A stretch of 42,567 nt of DNA from the IMG/VR virus record IMGVR_UViG_3300025018_000250, positions 1-42,567 of that record, one strand, 5' to 3'. Position 1 is the first letter of the stretch; the number at the start of each line of letters is the position of its first letter. This DNA is from a virus. Lineage: Duplodnaviria > Caudoviricetes. The notes beneath the pieces are model-generated. The model was not told where the DNA came from, made no database searches, and was given only the letters and a program-made list of their open reading frames with translations. Shown piece by piece: positions 18,601 through 27,176 of the stretch. The position numbers were made by a program, and so were the translations under genes.

Positions 18601-19494
18601 GTGCTGGTGACGATGGACCTGCCCCGTCTCGACGCGGCCTACGCCGAGCACGCGCCCTATTTCGCCGCCTATGCCAAGCCATGGTCGGGCGTCGCGGTGT
18701 GGCGTGGCGTCGGCGGCGCGCTGGCGCCTGACATCCTGATTGACAGCCCCAGCGTGATGGGCCTGCTCGCCGCGCCGCTGGGGCCGGGGACGCCGGACAT
18801 TTGGGATGATGGCGCATCGGTTGAACTGACGTTGTTTGAGGGTGGGCTGGCGAGCGCGCCCGACCTCGCCGTGCTCAACGGCGCCAACGCCCTGGCCGTC
18901 GAGGCGACGGGCGGCGGCTGGGAGATCCTGCAATTCGCCGTCGCGACGCTGATCGCGCCCGACCGCTGGCGCATTTCCCGCCTGCTGCGGGGCCAGCGCG
19001 GCACCGAGGCCGCGATGACGCATGACGCGGGCGCGCGGCTGGTGCTGCTGTCGTCGGCGCTGCGGCAGCCGGGATACGGGCCTGAGTTTCGCACCGCCAA
19101 GTTCGATTATCGTTTCGGCCCCGCGACCAGGCCGGTGGACGGCGCCTCATGGAGCAGCTTCTCAGCCGCTTTCACCGGCGTCGGCCTGCGGCCGTTCGCG
19201 CCAGCCGGCCTGACGGTTTCGTCCAGCAGCGGCGACCTGGCGGCCAGCTGGAAACGCCGCGCCCGCTGGGGCGGCGATCCGTGGGATGCGGGCGACGTCG
19301 CCGCGCCGGATGGCCGGGTTTACGCGGTGCGCTGGCGCGCGGCGGGCGGCGCGCTGCTGCGCGCGGAAACCGTGACGGACGTCGAGGCGGCTACGTTCGC
19401 GGCCGTCGATGGCGCGCCCGCGACGGGTTCGGTCGAGGTCGCCCAGGTCGGCCCGGTCTGGGGCGAAGGCCCCGCCGCGACAGTGGCATTCTGA
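15601..19494 (+). CDS. Baseplate multidomain 'megatron' protein (RcGTA g15-like; TIM-barrel and tail domains)
   Basis: 'IP.AGEFVY', 'WFGDDLRAG.C', 'AYGGTPAD', 'IGSEMRGLT', 'DKGANQPNVFFDPKSSES', 'WAWDARPWP', 'LLRGQRGTE'. Confidence 0.95.
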   Translation: MGTAILGSAGAALGAAAGTAIGGPIFGAIIGQAIGGAAGAFVGSKIDQALFGPGDQRRSGVELRQAQSLSSAEGTPIPEIWGAMRLMGRPIWASQYTRRSSTTTQRQGGSGGGPKVTTENNTFSRSWALSLCRGPIDGIGRVWVNGVVTDIAEWNVRLHRGTADQAPDPLIVAIEGWAPARRGRAYLVIEDLDLTEWGNRSPAIEVEVFRTLAPARSAEALTRAVNIIPSAGEFVYEPAPVTDVSAAGAARALNRLGMRGDSDWAVSIDRLQQVAPNLSGASLTVAWFGDDLRAGACTLRPKVDNFDKVTQPYAWQAGGLTRATATRVSLIDDRPAYGGTPADRSVVAALRDLKARGLAPMLFPFILMDIAPGSGLPDPYGAPEQPAFPWRGRITSAADRTAGVAADIAAFFGAATAADFAIQPDDTISYSGPSDDWGYRRFILHHAMLAKAAGGVDTMLIGSEMRGLTWLRDATGAYPAVTALIALLQDVAAIGGVADYLGYGADWSEASAHQHPETPGALAFHLDPLIAHPSCAFFGISNYMPLTDEREGEDHLDAPLRWGIYDKAFIASRIRSGEGFDWFYASDADRAAQIRTPITDGAYGEPWVYRIKDLWSWWSNAHHNRPGGVRAATATAWVPQSKPIRFIELGVPALDKGANQPNVFFDPKSSESFFPYFSTGARDDAILRAALEAVLAFWEDPAQNPASGVYAGRMVDTARTHLWAWDARPWPEFPALEDVWSDGGNYRLGHWINGRLGKPTLAMIVAEVAAARGMTVDVERLIGMVDGVQRDGVMSDRDFLAPLLELYQADIFDRGDALWAGSRAFAPQIDIAESSLIAPARGEPPIETSDADDLDAPRRLRIQHYAAGSDYRQTLTHAPGWTGAGGDSVVDVGADVVMSTEEAQARAGALLSERRVTRVADRFSAPPTLLTLRPGVVARITGAAGLSSLGVIDCRALSVGWEWARPVEAERWDRAVYAVGGGMTDGRSARLPAPPPVAAPVLVTMDLPRLDAAYAEHAPYFAAYAKPWSGVAVWRGVGGALAPDILIDSPSVMGLLAAPLGPGTPDIWDDGASVELTLFEGGLASAPDLAVLNGANALAVEATGGGWEILQFAVATLIAPDRWRISRLLRGQRGTEAAMTHDAGARLVLLSSALRQPGYGPEFRTAKFDYRFGPATRPVDGASWSSFSAAFTGVGLRPFAPAGLTVSSSSGDLAASWKRRARWGGDPWDAGDVAAPDGRVYAVRWRAAGGALLRAETVTDVEAATFAAVDGAPATGSVEVAQVGPVWGEGPAATVAF

Positions 19495-19504
19495 AGGAGC
19501 TGCA

Positions 19505-20212
19505 ATGAGCGTATCGCCGAACATGGGCCTGATCCTCCTCGAGGAGGCGCAGGCGCAAAAGCATGTCACTGTCAACGCGGCGCTGACGCGGCTGGACGCG
19601 CTGGCGCATCTGCGGCTCCAAAGCGTGAGCAGCGACGCTCCGCCACTGTCGCCGGTCGAGGGCGACGTCTGGGCGGTGCCTGCCAGCCCGACCGGCGCAT
19701 GGTCGGGCCAGGCGGGGAAGCTGGCGATATGGATCACCGGCGCCTGGGCGTTCGTCACGCCGCAGGAGGGCTGGGTCGCTTGGGTGATCGACGCCGCCTC
19801 GGCGGCGGCGTTTCGCGAGGGCGAGTGGACGCGCGACGCGGTGCTGGGCGGCGGCGCGCGCCTCGCCGTGGTGCCGATCGAGGCGGAGATCGCTCTCACT
19901 TCCGGCGCCACCGTGGACAGCGCGGCGATCATCCCGGCCGACAGCCACATCCAGGCGCTGTCCGGCAGAGTGATCGAAGCCGTGACCGGTCCTGACACGT
20001 TTTCTGTCGGGTTCGCCGGAGCGGCGCCCAATGCGACCTTCTTCGCCTCGGGCGTCGGCGCCGCGCTCGGCTCGACATGGGCCGGTATAACCTTTGGCCA
20101 GCCGTTCTACGCCGCGACGCCAGTGCGGATCACGTCGGAGGGCGGCGCCTTCACTGGTGGCCGCGTCCGCGTCTCGGCGCTCGCCATGGTCTCGATCCCG
20201 CCGACCGCCTGA
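19505..20212 (+). CDS. DUF2793 domain tail fibre/baseplate protein
   Basis: 'AQAQKHVTVNAALTRLD', 'PP.SP.EGD.W.V...PTGAWSGQAGKLA...GAWAFVTP..GW'. Confidence 0.9.
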   Translation: MSVSPNMGLILLEEAQAQKHVTVNAALTRLDALAHLRLQSVSSDAPPLSPVEGDVWAVPASPTGAWSGQAGKLAIWITGAWAFVTPQEGWVAWVIDAASAAAFREGEWTRDAVLGGGARLAVVPIEAEIALTSGATVDSAAIIPADSHIQALSGRVIEAVTGPDTFSVGFAGAAPNATFFASGVGAALGSTWAGITFGQPFYAATPVRITSEGGAFTGGRVRVSALAMVSIPPTA

Positions 20213-20243
20213 CCCCCGCGACATCATCGACAGGAGCTACACA

Positions 20244-20531
20244 ATGCCCCGCATCGCCTGCCCGCATACCGGATGGACCCAGCTGACGTCGTCGGCCGGC
20301 CCGGCCCAGCTCACCGTCCAGCGCGAGACAGCGCTGCCATTCTGGGTGGTTTTCGCCGCGTCAGACCCCGGCGCCGGCGTTCGCGCGCCGGCCGACTCCG
20401 CCGACTACGTGATGATCAACGACATTTTTCCCGCTTTTGCGACCTCAGCGCTGGCTGGAAGCGCGCTGCGCGCCTGGGCCCGGCCGATAGCCGACGAGAC
20501 GGTGACGGTCAACGCGACGGAGGTCGTGTGA
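20244..20531 (+). CDS. Small putative fibre/head-spike base (adaptor) protein
   Basis: 95 aa, beta-rich ('GWTQLT...IFP...RAWARP'); RBS CAGGAG; translationally coupled to the large fibre gene. Confidence 0.5.
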   Translation: MPRIACPHTGWTQLTSSAGPAQLTVQRETALPFWVVFAASDPGAGVRAPADSADYVMINDIFPAFATSALAGSALRAWARPIADETVTVNATEVV

Positions 20532-23500
20532 TGAGCCTGCTTAGAGCAGGGCTGCTGGGTGCAGGCTCGCTGATCACCGGCCCGCTGATCGTCGGCGGCG
20601 CACCTGGCGTCTCGCTGACCATCAGCGCGATCAGCGCCGACGCCGCAGGCACGCTCGCCACGCTGACGCTCGCGGAAGGCGACTGGCCCGCGACGGCGCA
20701 AACCTACCTCGATATCACAACCGGAGTTACCTGGACCGCGACGCGAACCGGCGTAGGGACGGCGGACTTAACTGCAGACAGTCTTGCGGTTTACGCGGCG
20801 CTCCCCGTGGGTGACAGCATGGCGCTCACCCTGCAGTTCGTGACGGCGGCGGGGAAAGCCGTGATCGCGCGCGGCTTCATCATGGGCGCCACTGAGGTCG
20901 GCGCGCTGTCTGATTGGGGCGTGCTGGCGCAGCGGCGGAACACCCTGACTTACACTGATTTCTCGTCAGGCTGGTTCATGGCAGCCGGGCTTGTATCTGT
21001 GACAGGCGGCGTCGCCCGCGTGGCGTCGAAAACTGGCATCACCTCAGTTACTAATGTATTTTCGAAAAGCGGCGTCACATTGGCGCCGACACGCTATTCC
21101 ATCTCGGCGGACTTCAAGAGCGATGGCGCTAATTATGGCGTGATTGAGTTTGACAATAACAGCGGCTATACTGCCACATCGGGCTTTGACTTGACGGGCG
21201 GGGGCGGCACAGTAGCCGGGTCACACTCAAGATATGCAACCAATCTCGCCGCAACTATGATCGCTATTGGAGACGGGTGGTACCGATGCACGTTTTCATT
21301 CGATTGGCCTGCAATCGCCATTTTTAAACTTCGCCTTATGGCATCTACCGTTATGCCATCTGGCAACTACAATAGCAATGTAGTTGGCGACGAAGTGGCG
21401 GGGGTATTCACAAGGTTCCCGCAGGTCGAAAACGCCCCTGCCGCCAGCCCCTATCAGCCCATCGGCGCAACCTTCACCGCAATCACGGGCGCGGTCCCCG
21501 AGGGCACATTGCTTTACGCGGATGGCGGCATCGCGGGCGCTGTCGAATACGCCGCCGGGCCGGGCCTGAGCCTCGACGCGCTGCCTTCGGGCGAATACGT
21601 CGAGCGCAGCGCGTTCGCAATGGGCGAGATTCAGCGTGTCGAGGACACGTTCCCGTTGGGTGCCGGCGGCGTGATTTTCCGCACCTACGCTTCTCCGGGG
21701 CTGCTTAATATCGACATTCACCCCACAAACGCGGCCAGCTTCACCCACTCTGTGTCCTTCGCCGGGCTGTCGCCTGATTACTCCTTCGTGCGAGCAGGGT
21801 ATGCGGTATCCCCGGACGGCTCGACGCTGCTGGTGCGGCTTGAGGATCACCTCGGGAATATCGTAACGTCCAGCGCGGACCTGACGGGGCTTATCTTTGC
21901 GCGCCCGCGTGCAGAGAGCCTGTTCGGCGGCGGGCGGGTTCGCGCGGGCCAGATTGAGACGATCCTCTCTGTCAACGGCATGGCCGCTGTCTCGACTATC
22001 CGCGTCGATCAGGCAACCGGGATCACCTATTCCGTGGGGCTGGACAGCTCGACAAAGACGAGCCGCAGGGGCGCCGCAGTTTATAAAGCGGATATCACCG
22101 ATCAGGCGGCGCTTGCGGCGCTCATGGCCGGGCGGCTACCGGCGGCAAGCGGCGCGGTTCTCGAAGCCACGTCGCCGATCTCGCTGTTCGCTGGCGGCGA
22201 ATACGGGATGTTCTTCGACGCCTACGACGAAAGCACGCTGGCGGCGAATACCGATGGCACGGGCGCGCCGGTCATTGATGCGCCGATTGGGACGTGGCGC
22301 GACCTGACCGCGAACGCGCTTACGGCGACTGCGCCCGCTGACGTCAACCGCCCGCTCTACAAGGCCGCGCCCGCCCGTCTGGCGTTCGACGGCGTGGACG
22401 ATATCCTGCTGACGCCAGTCGCCAATTTCGCGCACACCGACAAGATCACGGCGGCGGTAGCGCTGAAGCGTGGGTACGTAAACAAAATTGTCATGGAACT
22501 TGGAACGGGACACAATGCCGCAGGCGCCTTTTACCTCAGCACAGAAGGGACATATCGGACCAACATCGGCGGACCCGGCTATCGGCAGGCGCGATACACG
22601 GGCGCTTTCACCGCCTTTGACGCAGTGACTGCGACGCTTGACCGGGCCGACATCACGTCTCCTCTATTGCGGGTCAACGGCGCGTCGCAATCAGCAAATG
22701 TGGCTGTCAGCGTAATTACAGGCAATTTCGGCGCCGCTTACCCCATCGCCCTCGGCGCGCGGTGGAACGGCTCGGCGGTGGCTCTCCCAGCCCCATCCGA
22801 AATCCTCTCCGCCATCACCCTAGACCGCATCGCCACCGGCGCTGAAATCCGCCAGATCGAGGGGTTTTTCGCCGCGCGCATCGCGATGCAACCCCTGCTC
22901 TCCGAAGCGACCGCGAACGCCATCGCGGGCCAGCAGATCACCGTCGATCTGAGCAAAGCGTTCTACGGCGGCGTCGCGCCCTACACCTACGGCACCCCTT
23001 CTCACGGCGCGATCTCGCTCGGTATATGGTCCTGGACCCCGGACACCGCCGGAGAGGTCACGCTGGTAATCACCGGCACGGACGCCCGCGGCGCCCCGTT
23101 CGAGGTTACCGAGGTCACAACGGTTGCCGCGATTGATCCCGTCCCCGCGCTCACGCCCGGCCTGCCTGTCGGCGCGGTCCTCACCGCCGATCCGTCAGAC
23201 ATCGGCGGCGCGACGTGGGGCACTGACGGCACGACGCCGACCATCGCCGCGCAGAGCGTCTATGACGGCGTGACGCCCTACCGCATGACGATGACCGCCG
23301 CGGACCAGTGGGCGATGCCTGCGGTATCCGCCGATGCCGTGACTGGCGACACCTACATCGCCGTGTTCGTCGGCAAGCCGGTCAGCGGCGACAAGATCGG
23401 CGGCGGTGTCAGGCTCACCAGCGCCTTGAACCGCGTCGATGCGGACGTGACCGCGAATGTCGCATCTGGCACGCCCACCTACGCCGTGACCAGCGTCGGC

Positions 23501-23968
23501 ATTGACGCCGGTTCGGTCACGTCTCACGCCGTGGGGCTGGAGCGGTTCGACGGCGGGTTTGTGCGACTGAGCCACATCTTCTCGCGGACCTATGCCGTCG
23601 CAAATGACAAGGCGTATCCGATGTGGTCCGCTGCGGCCTCCGGCGCAGTCATCGACGGCTATCGCTGCGGCCTGTTCAAGCTGACCCGCCCCGCAGCCAC
23701 GGCGACCGCCGCCAGTGACACCGAGATCGCCCTGAGCCTTGACGATGCGTGGGCTGGCTGGGCGCTGGGCGCGACGGTCGAATACCGCGTCGATGGCGGG
23801 GCCGCTGTCGCCGTGCCTGAGCCGGGCGTGACGCTGATCACCGTGCCCGGGCCGGGAACCTACACCGTCGAGCGCCGGGAAGTCTGGCCGGACTCGGCTG
23901 TGCCCGGCGTCTCGCCGCTGATGGTTGGCGGAGGTTCATCGTTCTCGACCTTGTGGGAGGCGCTGTGA
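20531..23968 (+). CDS. Large multidomain fibre/adhesin (head-spike-fibre-like, LamG/ConA-like and Ig-like domains)
   Basis: 'RRNTL...FDL...GDGWYRC...QVE...SPYQP' recalls RcGTA head-spike fibre Rcc01080; 'FDAYDESTL...IGTWRDL...RP.Y...LAFDGVDD' is LamG-like; 'GGVAPYTY' is Ig-like. Confidence 0.7.
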   Translation: MSLLRAGLLGAGSLITGPLIVGGAPGVSLTISAISADAAGTLATLTLAEGDWPATAQTYLDITTGVTWTATRTGVGTADLTADSLAVYAALPVGDSMALTLQFVTAAGKAVIARGFIMGATEVGALSDWGVLAQRRNTLTYTDFSSGWFMAAGLVSVTGGVARVASKTGITSVTNVFSKSGVTLAPTRYSISADFKSDGANYGVIEFDNNSGYTATSGFDLTGGGGTVAGSHSRYATNLAATMIAIGDGWYRCTFSFDWPAIAIFKLRLMASTVMPSGNYNSNVVGDEVAGVFTRFPQVENAPAASPYQPIGATFTAITGAVPEGTLLYADGGIAGAVEYAAGPGLSLDALPSGEYVERSAFAMGEIQRVEDTFPLGAGGVIFRTYASPGLLNIDIHPTNAASFTHSVSFAGLSPDYSFVRAGYAVSPDGSTLLVRLEDHLGNIVTSSADLTGLIFARPRAESLFGGGRVRAGQIETILSVNGMAAVSTIRVDQATGITYSVGLDSSTKTSRRGAAVYKADITDQAALAALMAGRLPAASGAVLEATSPISLFAGGEYGMFFDAYDESTLAANTDGTGAPVIDAPIGTWRDLTANALTATAPADVNRPLYKAAPARLAFDGVDDILLTPVANFAHTDKITAAVALKRGYVNKIVMELGTGHNAAGAFYLSTEGTYRTNIGGPGYRQARYTGAFTAFDAVTATLDRADITSPLLRVNGASQSANVAVSVITGNFGAAYPIALGARWNGSAVALPAPSEILSAITLDRIATGAEIRQIEGFFAARIAMQPLLSEATANAIAGQQITVDLSKAFYGGVAPYTYGTPSHGAISLGIWSWTPDTAGEVTLVITGTDARGAPFEVTEVTTVAAIDPVPALTPGLPVGAVLTADPSDIGGATWGTDGTTPTIAAQSVYDGVTPYRMTMTAADQWAMPAVSADAVTGDTYIAVFVGKPVSGDKIGGGVRLTSALNRVDADVTANVASGTPTYAVTSVGIDAGSVTSHAVGLERFDGGFVRLSHIFSRTYAVANDKAYPMWSAAASGAVIDGYRCGLFKLTRPAATATAASDTEIALSLDDAWAGWALGATVEYRVDGGAAVAVPEPGVTLITVPGPGTYTVERREVWPDSAVPGVSPLMVGGGSSFSTLWEAL

Positions 23969-26475
23969 TGGCTGTCGTTGTTCCCGCCGCGCCGCTGGCG
24001 CTGATCGCCCATGCGGACGGCCCGCTGGTGCGCGACTTCGCGACCCGCGCCGCCTATGGCGACGCCGAGACCTTTGGCGGAGTGGCGGAGGTCACGCACC
24101 TCGCCGCCGCAACCCCCGCCGTCGCCAACACCGGCAAGCCGGTCAGCCTTGGCGGCGCCGAGATCACCCATGTCGGCAAGACCAGCATGTGGGCGACCGC
24201 CTACAAGCATTCCAGCACCGACGTCGTGCCCATCGGCGCGACGCCCGGCGTGGGCGAGATCGAACTGACCGAGGAACGCGGCGTGGTGTTCGACCCGCTG
24301 GGCCACCACGACGATCTTGCGCCGCTGGCCGCGCGCACCGTCAGCTACCGCGCCACGCTGGACGGCGGCGCGGAGACCGACGCGAGCGTGACCGTGCTGG
24401 GTGCGGCGGGGCTGGCGACGCAGAAGGGTGTTTCGGTGGTGGCGCTGGACGCGGACGGCGATCCGGTCGCATTCCGCTTCGACCGCCCGATGCGGATCGG
24501 CCTGACGGCGGATCGGACCGCCTTCGTGGTGGCCGAGCCGCTGACCCGCCCGGCGATCACCGGCGTCAGGTTTCTCTCCAACGATGGCGTTCCCCAGGAC
24601 ATCGCGCTGACCAACGGGCGTTCGCGCATCGTGACATGGCGGGGCGCGACGCTGTGGGTTCTGGCCGCGCCGGGGCGCATCCCGCTGGGCGATCCGACGC
24701 CGCTGACCATCACCACAGCCTATGGCTCGAAGGTGGCGGAGCCGACGTGGGGCGCCGAGTGGAGCGGATCGGCAGGCGTTCACGCCAAGCTGACCGTGCG
24801 CGGCAACTTCGAGACGGCGCATCTGTATCTCGACGCAGGCGCGGGCGAGGCGCAGGTGCGGTTCCGCCCCTCCGATGGCGGGCGCTGGTTCCCGGCGCAA
24901 CCGCTGTGGTTTGACGATCCGACGCAGCCGGGGCGCAACCCGGCGGACTTCACGCACGGCTATTTCGGTGAAACCGTGGCGATGAGCGAGATCATCCCCG
25001 GCGCGCATCGCGGCGTGATCCTGCATCTGGCGGCGGGCGAGAGCTATGACGTCGAGGTTGCGCACGGCGGCGTCGTCTATCGCCAGACCGTCGCGACGCG
25101 CAGCTACAAGCCCGCCAAGACGTCATGGGAGATCGGCGCGCGGACGCAGGTCATCAGCGTCGAGCGCTCCGGCGCGGACGTGGTGGTGTCGGAAGGCTGG
25201 GGCGGGTCCAAGGTCACGCTGCACACCTTCACCGCGCCCGCCGGGTATGTCGAGCTGACCGGGTTGCGGCTGCGCGGGGCGACGCTCTACATCAACACCC
25301 ATGGCGTGATCGTACGCGATGGCGACGTGCTGGGGGCGCCGGGCAGCAACGTCAGGTTCGGCCCGCTCGCCTATGACATCCGCCTTGTGCGCGGGCGCTA
25401 TCGCGGCTGGGGCAATCAGGACGGAACCAGCGGCTGGGGGATGAAGGCGCGCGGCAACGGCTGCGTGCTGATGAACCAGTCCACCATCTTCGACGGCGGC
25501 GCCGACATCTACTATTCCGGCCAGAACGGCGGGGCCTATGACGTGCCGAACGACCAGCAGCACGGCAACCACACGGTCGCCATGATCGGGATGCTGATCG
25601 GCGCGCCGCGCCACCCGGCCAACTCGTGGCAGCACATCCGCGCCGACAGCGCGACCAGCACGCACCCCTACGGATCGACGGTGCTCTACTCGTCTCGGGG
25701 CAGTTTCAAGGGGCTGAACGCGCTGCTTGACCTCTCCGTGGACGCGCCGCGCTTCAAGTGCGTGGACGAGCTCATCAGCGGCGACAACGACGGCATCCGG
25801 CGCGGACCGGCGGGGCCTGACCTGCTGATGGGGCCGCTGTTCATGGCCGGTTCGTCCGACGATGCGGTGGAACTGGACGGCCCCGCGCCAAACTGCGCCG
25901 CCGTGGGGGTGCATTTCGAGGCGCGGCATATCGCATCTGAAGCGCACTCGCCGCAGGCGATCATCAGCGCCGCGCCGATCTATTGGGGACCGGTCATCGC
26001 CAGCCGCTGCAACGCGGTGTGGCTGAAAGAGCCGTGGATGTATGAGGTTCCCGCCGACCCTCGCCCATTCGGTTACCCCACCCTGCGGATGCTGAAAATC
26101 CCGCGCCGACAGGATGGCCTGACCACCGACAACGGCTGGATATTCATGTGGCACTGCACGATGCGCGGCGCAGACGGGACATCCTCGAAGGGCGAGGCGC
26201 AGATGTGGTGGCAATTCACCGGCGGGGCGATCTTCACCGCCGTGCGCAACTGCCTGTTTCGCCAGCGCGACACCTGGACCGACCCGAGCGGCAGCGATGT
26301 GATCTGGCAGAACAACGACTTCCTGAAAGGCGGGACGTCGCTGGGCTATATCGGCGAGACGCCGATCCTCGCCAATCCTTCGGTTGTCGCCGTCGCCCAA
26401 CGGGCGTTCAACATCAACGATGGCGGGCCGTGGGCTGTTGCTGACGCTGACCTGCGTTGCGGAGGGGCGGTCTGA
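23968..26475 (+). CDS. Fibre/spike with VCBS-like N-terminus and right-handed beta-helix (putative polysaccharide depolymerase)
   Basis: 'FDPLGHHDDLAP..RTVSY' is VCBS-like; 'V.FR..G.W..QPLWFD...RG.I..L..G..Y.VEV' is FN3-like; 'PRHPANSW','HPYG','DDAVELDG','GPV' fit a beta-helix lyase. Confidence 0.6.
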   Translation: MAVVVPAAPLALIAHADGPLVRDFATRAAYGDAETFGGVAEVTHLAAATPAVANTGKPVSLGGAEITHVGKTSMWATAYKHSSTDVVPIGATPGVGEIELTEERGVVFDPLGHHDDLAPLAARTVSYRATLDGGAETDASVTVLGAAGLATQKGVSVVALDADGDPVAFRFDRPMRIGLTADRTAFVVAEPLTRPAITGVRFLSNDGVPQDIALTNGRSRIVTWRGATLWVLAAPGRIPLGDPTPLTITTAYGSKVAEPTWGAEWSGSAGVHAKLTVRGNFETAHLYLDAGAGEAQVRFRPSDGGRWFPAQPLWFDDPTQPGRNPADFTHGYFGETVAMSEIIPGAHRGVILHLAAGESYDVEVAHGGVVYRQTVATRSYKPAKTSWEIGARTQVISVERSGADVVVSEGWGGSKVTLHTFTAPAGYVELTGLRLRGATLYINTHGVIVRDGDVLGAPGSNVRFGPLAYDIRLVRGRYRGWGNQDGTSGWGMKARGNGCVLMNQSTIFDGGADIYYSGQNGGAYDVPNDQQHGNHTVAMIGMLIGAPRHPANSWQHIRADSATSTHPYGSTVLYSSRGSFKGLNALLDLSVDAPRFKCVDELISGDNDGIRRGPAGPDLLMGPLFMAGSSDDAVELDGPAPNCAAVGVHFEARHIASEAHSPQAIISAAPIYWGPVIASRCNAVWLKEPWMYEVPADPRPFGYPTLRMLKIPRRQDGLTTDNGWIFMWHCTMRGADGTSSKGEAQMWWQFTGGAIFTAVRNCLFRQRDTWTDPSGSDVIWQNNDFLKGGTSLGYIGETPILANPSVVAVAQRAFNINDGGPWAVADADLRCGGAV

Positions 26476-26819
26476 TGGGGCGCATCGTCAAGTCGCTGAG
26501 GCTCATCGTCGGCGGCACCGACCGGGACAAGCCGCCGGGCTGGCGGCTACTGATCGACTTCGGCCACGTCGCAGTCGGCCCGCTGCTGGTGGCCTATCCC
26601 GGAGGATGGCTCGGCCCGGCGCTTGCGGCGATCTGGGCCTTGTGGTTCGGGATCGTCAAGCAGGCGCAGGACTGGAATCTTGGCTGGCGAGACGCGCTGC
26701 GAGACGGCGCGATAATCCTCGCCACCACCTCGAGCGCGGCCTATGCGCCGCCTGCGGCCACGTTCGCACTGATGTCGGTGATCTTGCTTTATTTCGCATG
26801 GGAGCGCGGCGATGAATGA
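26475..26819 (+). CDS. Hypothetical membrane protein
   Basis: Several hydrophobic segments; TGATG coupling. Confidence 0.55.
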   Translation: MGRIVKSLRLIVGGTDRDKPPGWRLLIDFGHVAVGPLLVAYPGGWLGPALAAIWALWFGIVKQAQDWNLGWRDALRDGAIILATTSSAAYAPPAATFALMSVILLYFAWERGDE

Positions 26820-26861
26820 TGCAGATATTTGCAACGCTGTGCGCGCGGCGGAGGTAAACTG

Positions 26862-27176
26862 ATGAGCGACGACGAGAGAGCCTTACATTGGACATTGGAT
26901 CGCCGCATCCCCGTGGCGCTTATCGTCGTGATGGCTGCGCAAATATTCACCGGCGGCTGGTTTTTGGCGGAGCAGGCATCCAGGACGGCGACGCTGGAGC
27001 GCGACGCGGAGATCTCTGCGTCGCGGCTGCAGGCGATCGAACTCCGGCAGGGTGCGGTCGAGGCGTTCGGAGAGCGCATTGACGAGAGGACCAGCACGCT
27101 CATCGAGGCCATGCGCCGCGTCGAGGCTGCGGTCTCGCGCATTGCGCCCCACTACGACGCGGGAGGCGGCAAATGA
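26862..27176 (+). CDS. Single-TM coiled-coil lysis-module protein (holin/antiholin-like)
   Basis: 'WTLDRRIPVALIVVMAAQ..GGWF' plus coiled coil; RBS GGAGG; upstream of holin and endolysin. Confidence 0.65.
   Translation: MSDDERALHWTLDRRIPVALIVVMAAQIFTGGWFLAEQASRTATLERDAEISASRLQAIELRQGAVEAFGERIDERTSTLIEAMRRVEAAVSRIAPHYDAGGGK

Noticed and set aside
13400-20212. Gene transfer agent cluster
   Set aside because: The GTA-like genes sit in a full phage with cos, lambda-type head, integrase, repressor and origin.
20531-26475. Diversity-generating retroelement or invertible fibre cassette
   Set aside because: No reverse transcriptase, no invertase and no TR/VR repeat pair or flanking inverted repeats seen by eye.
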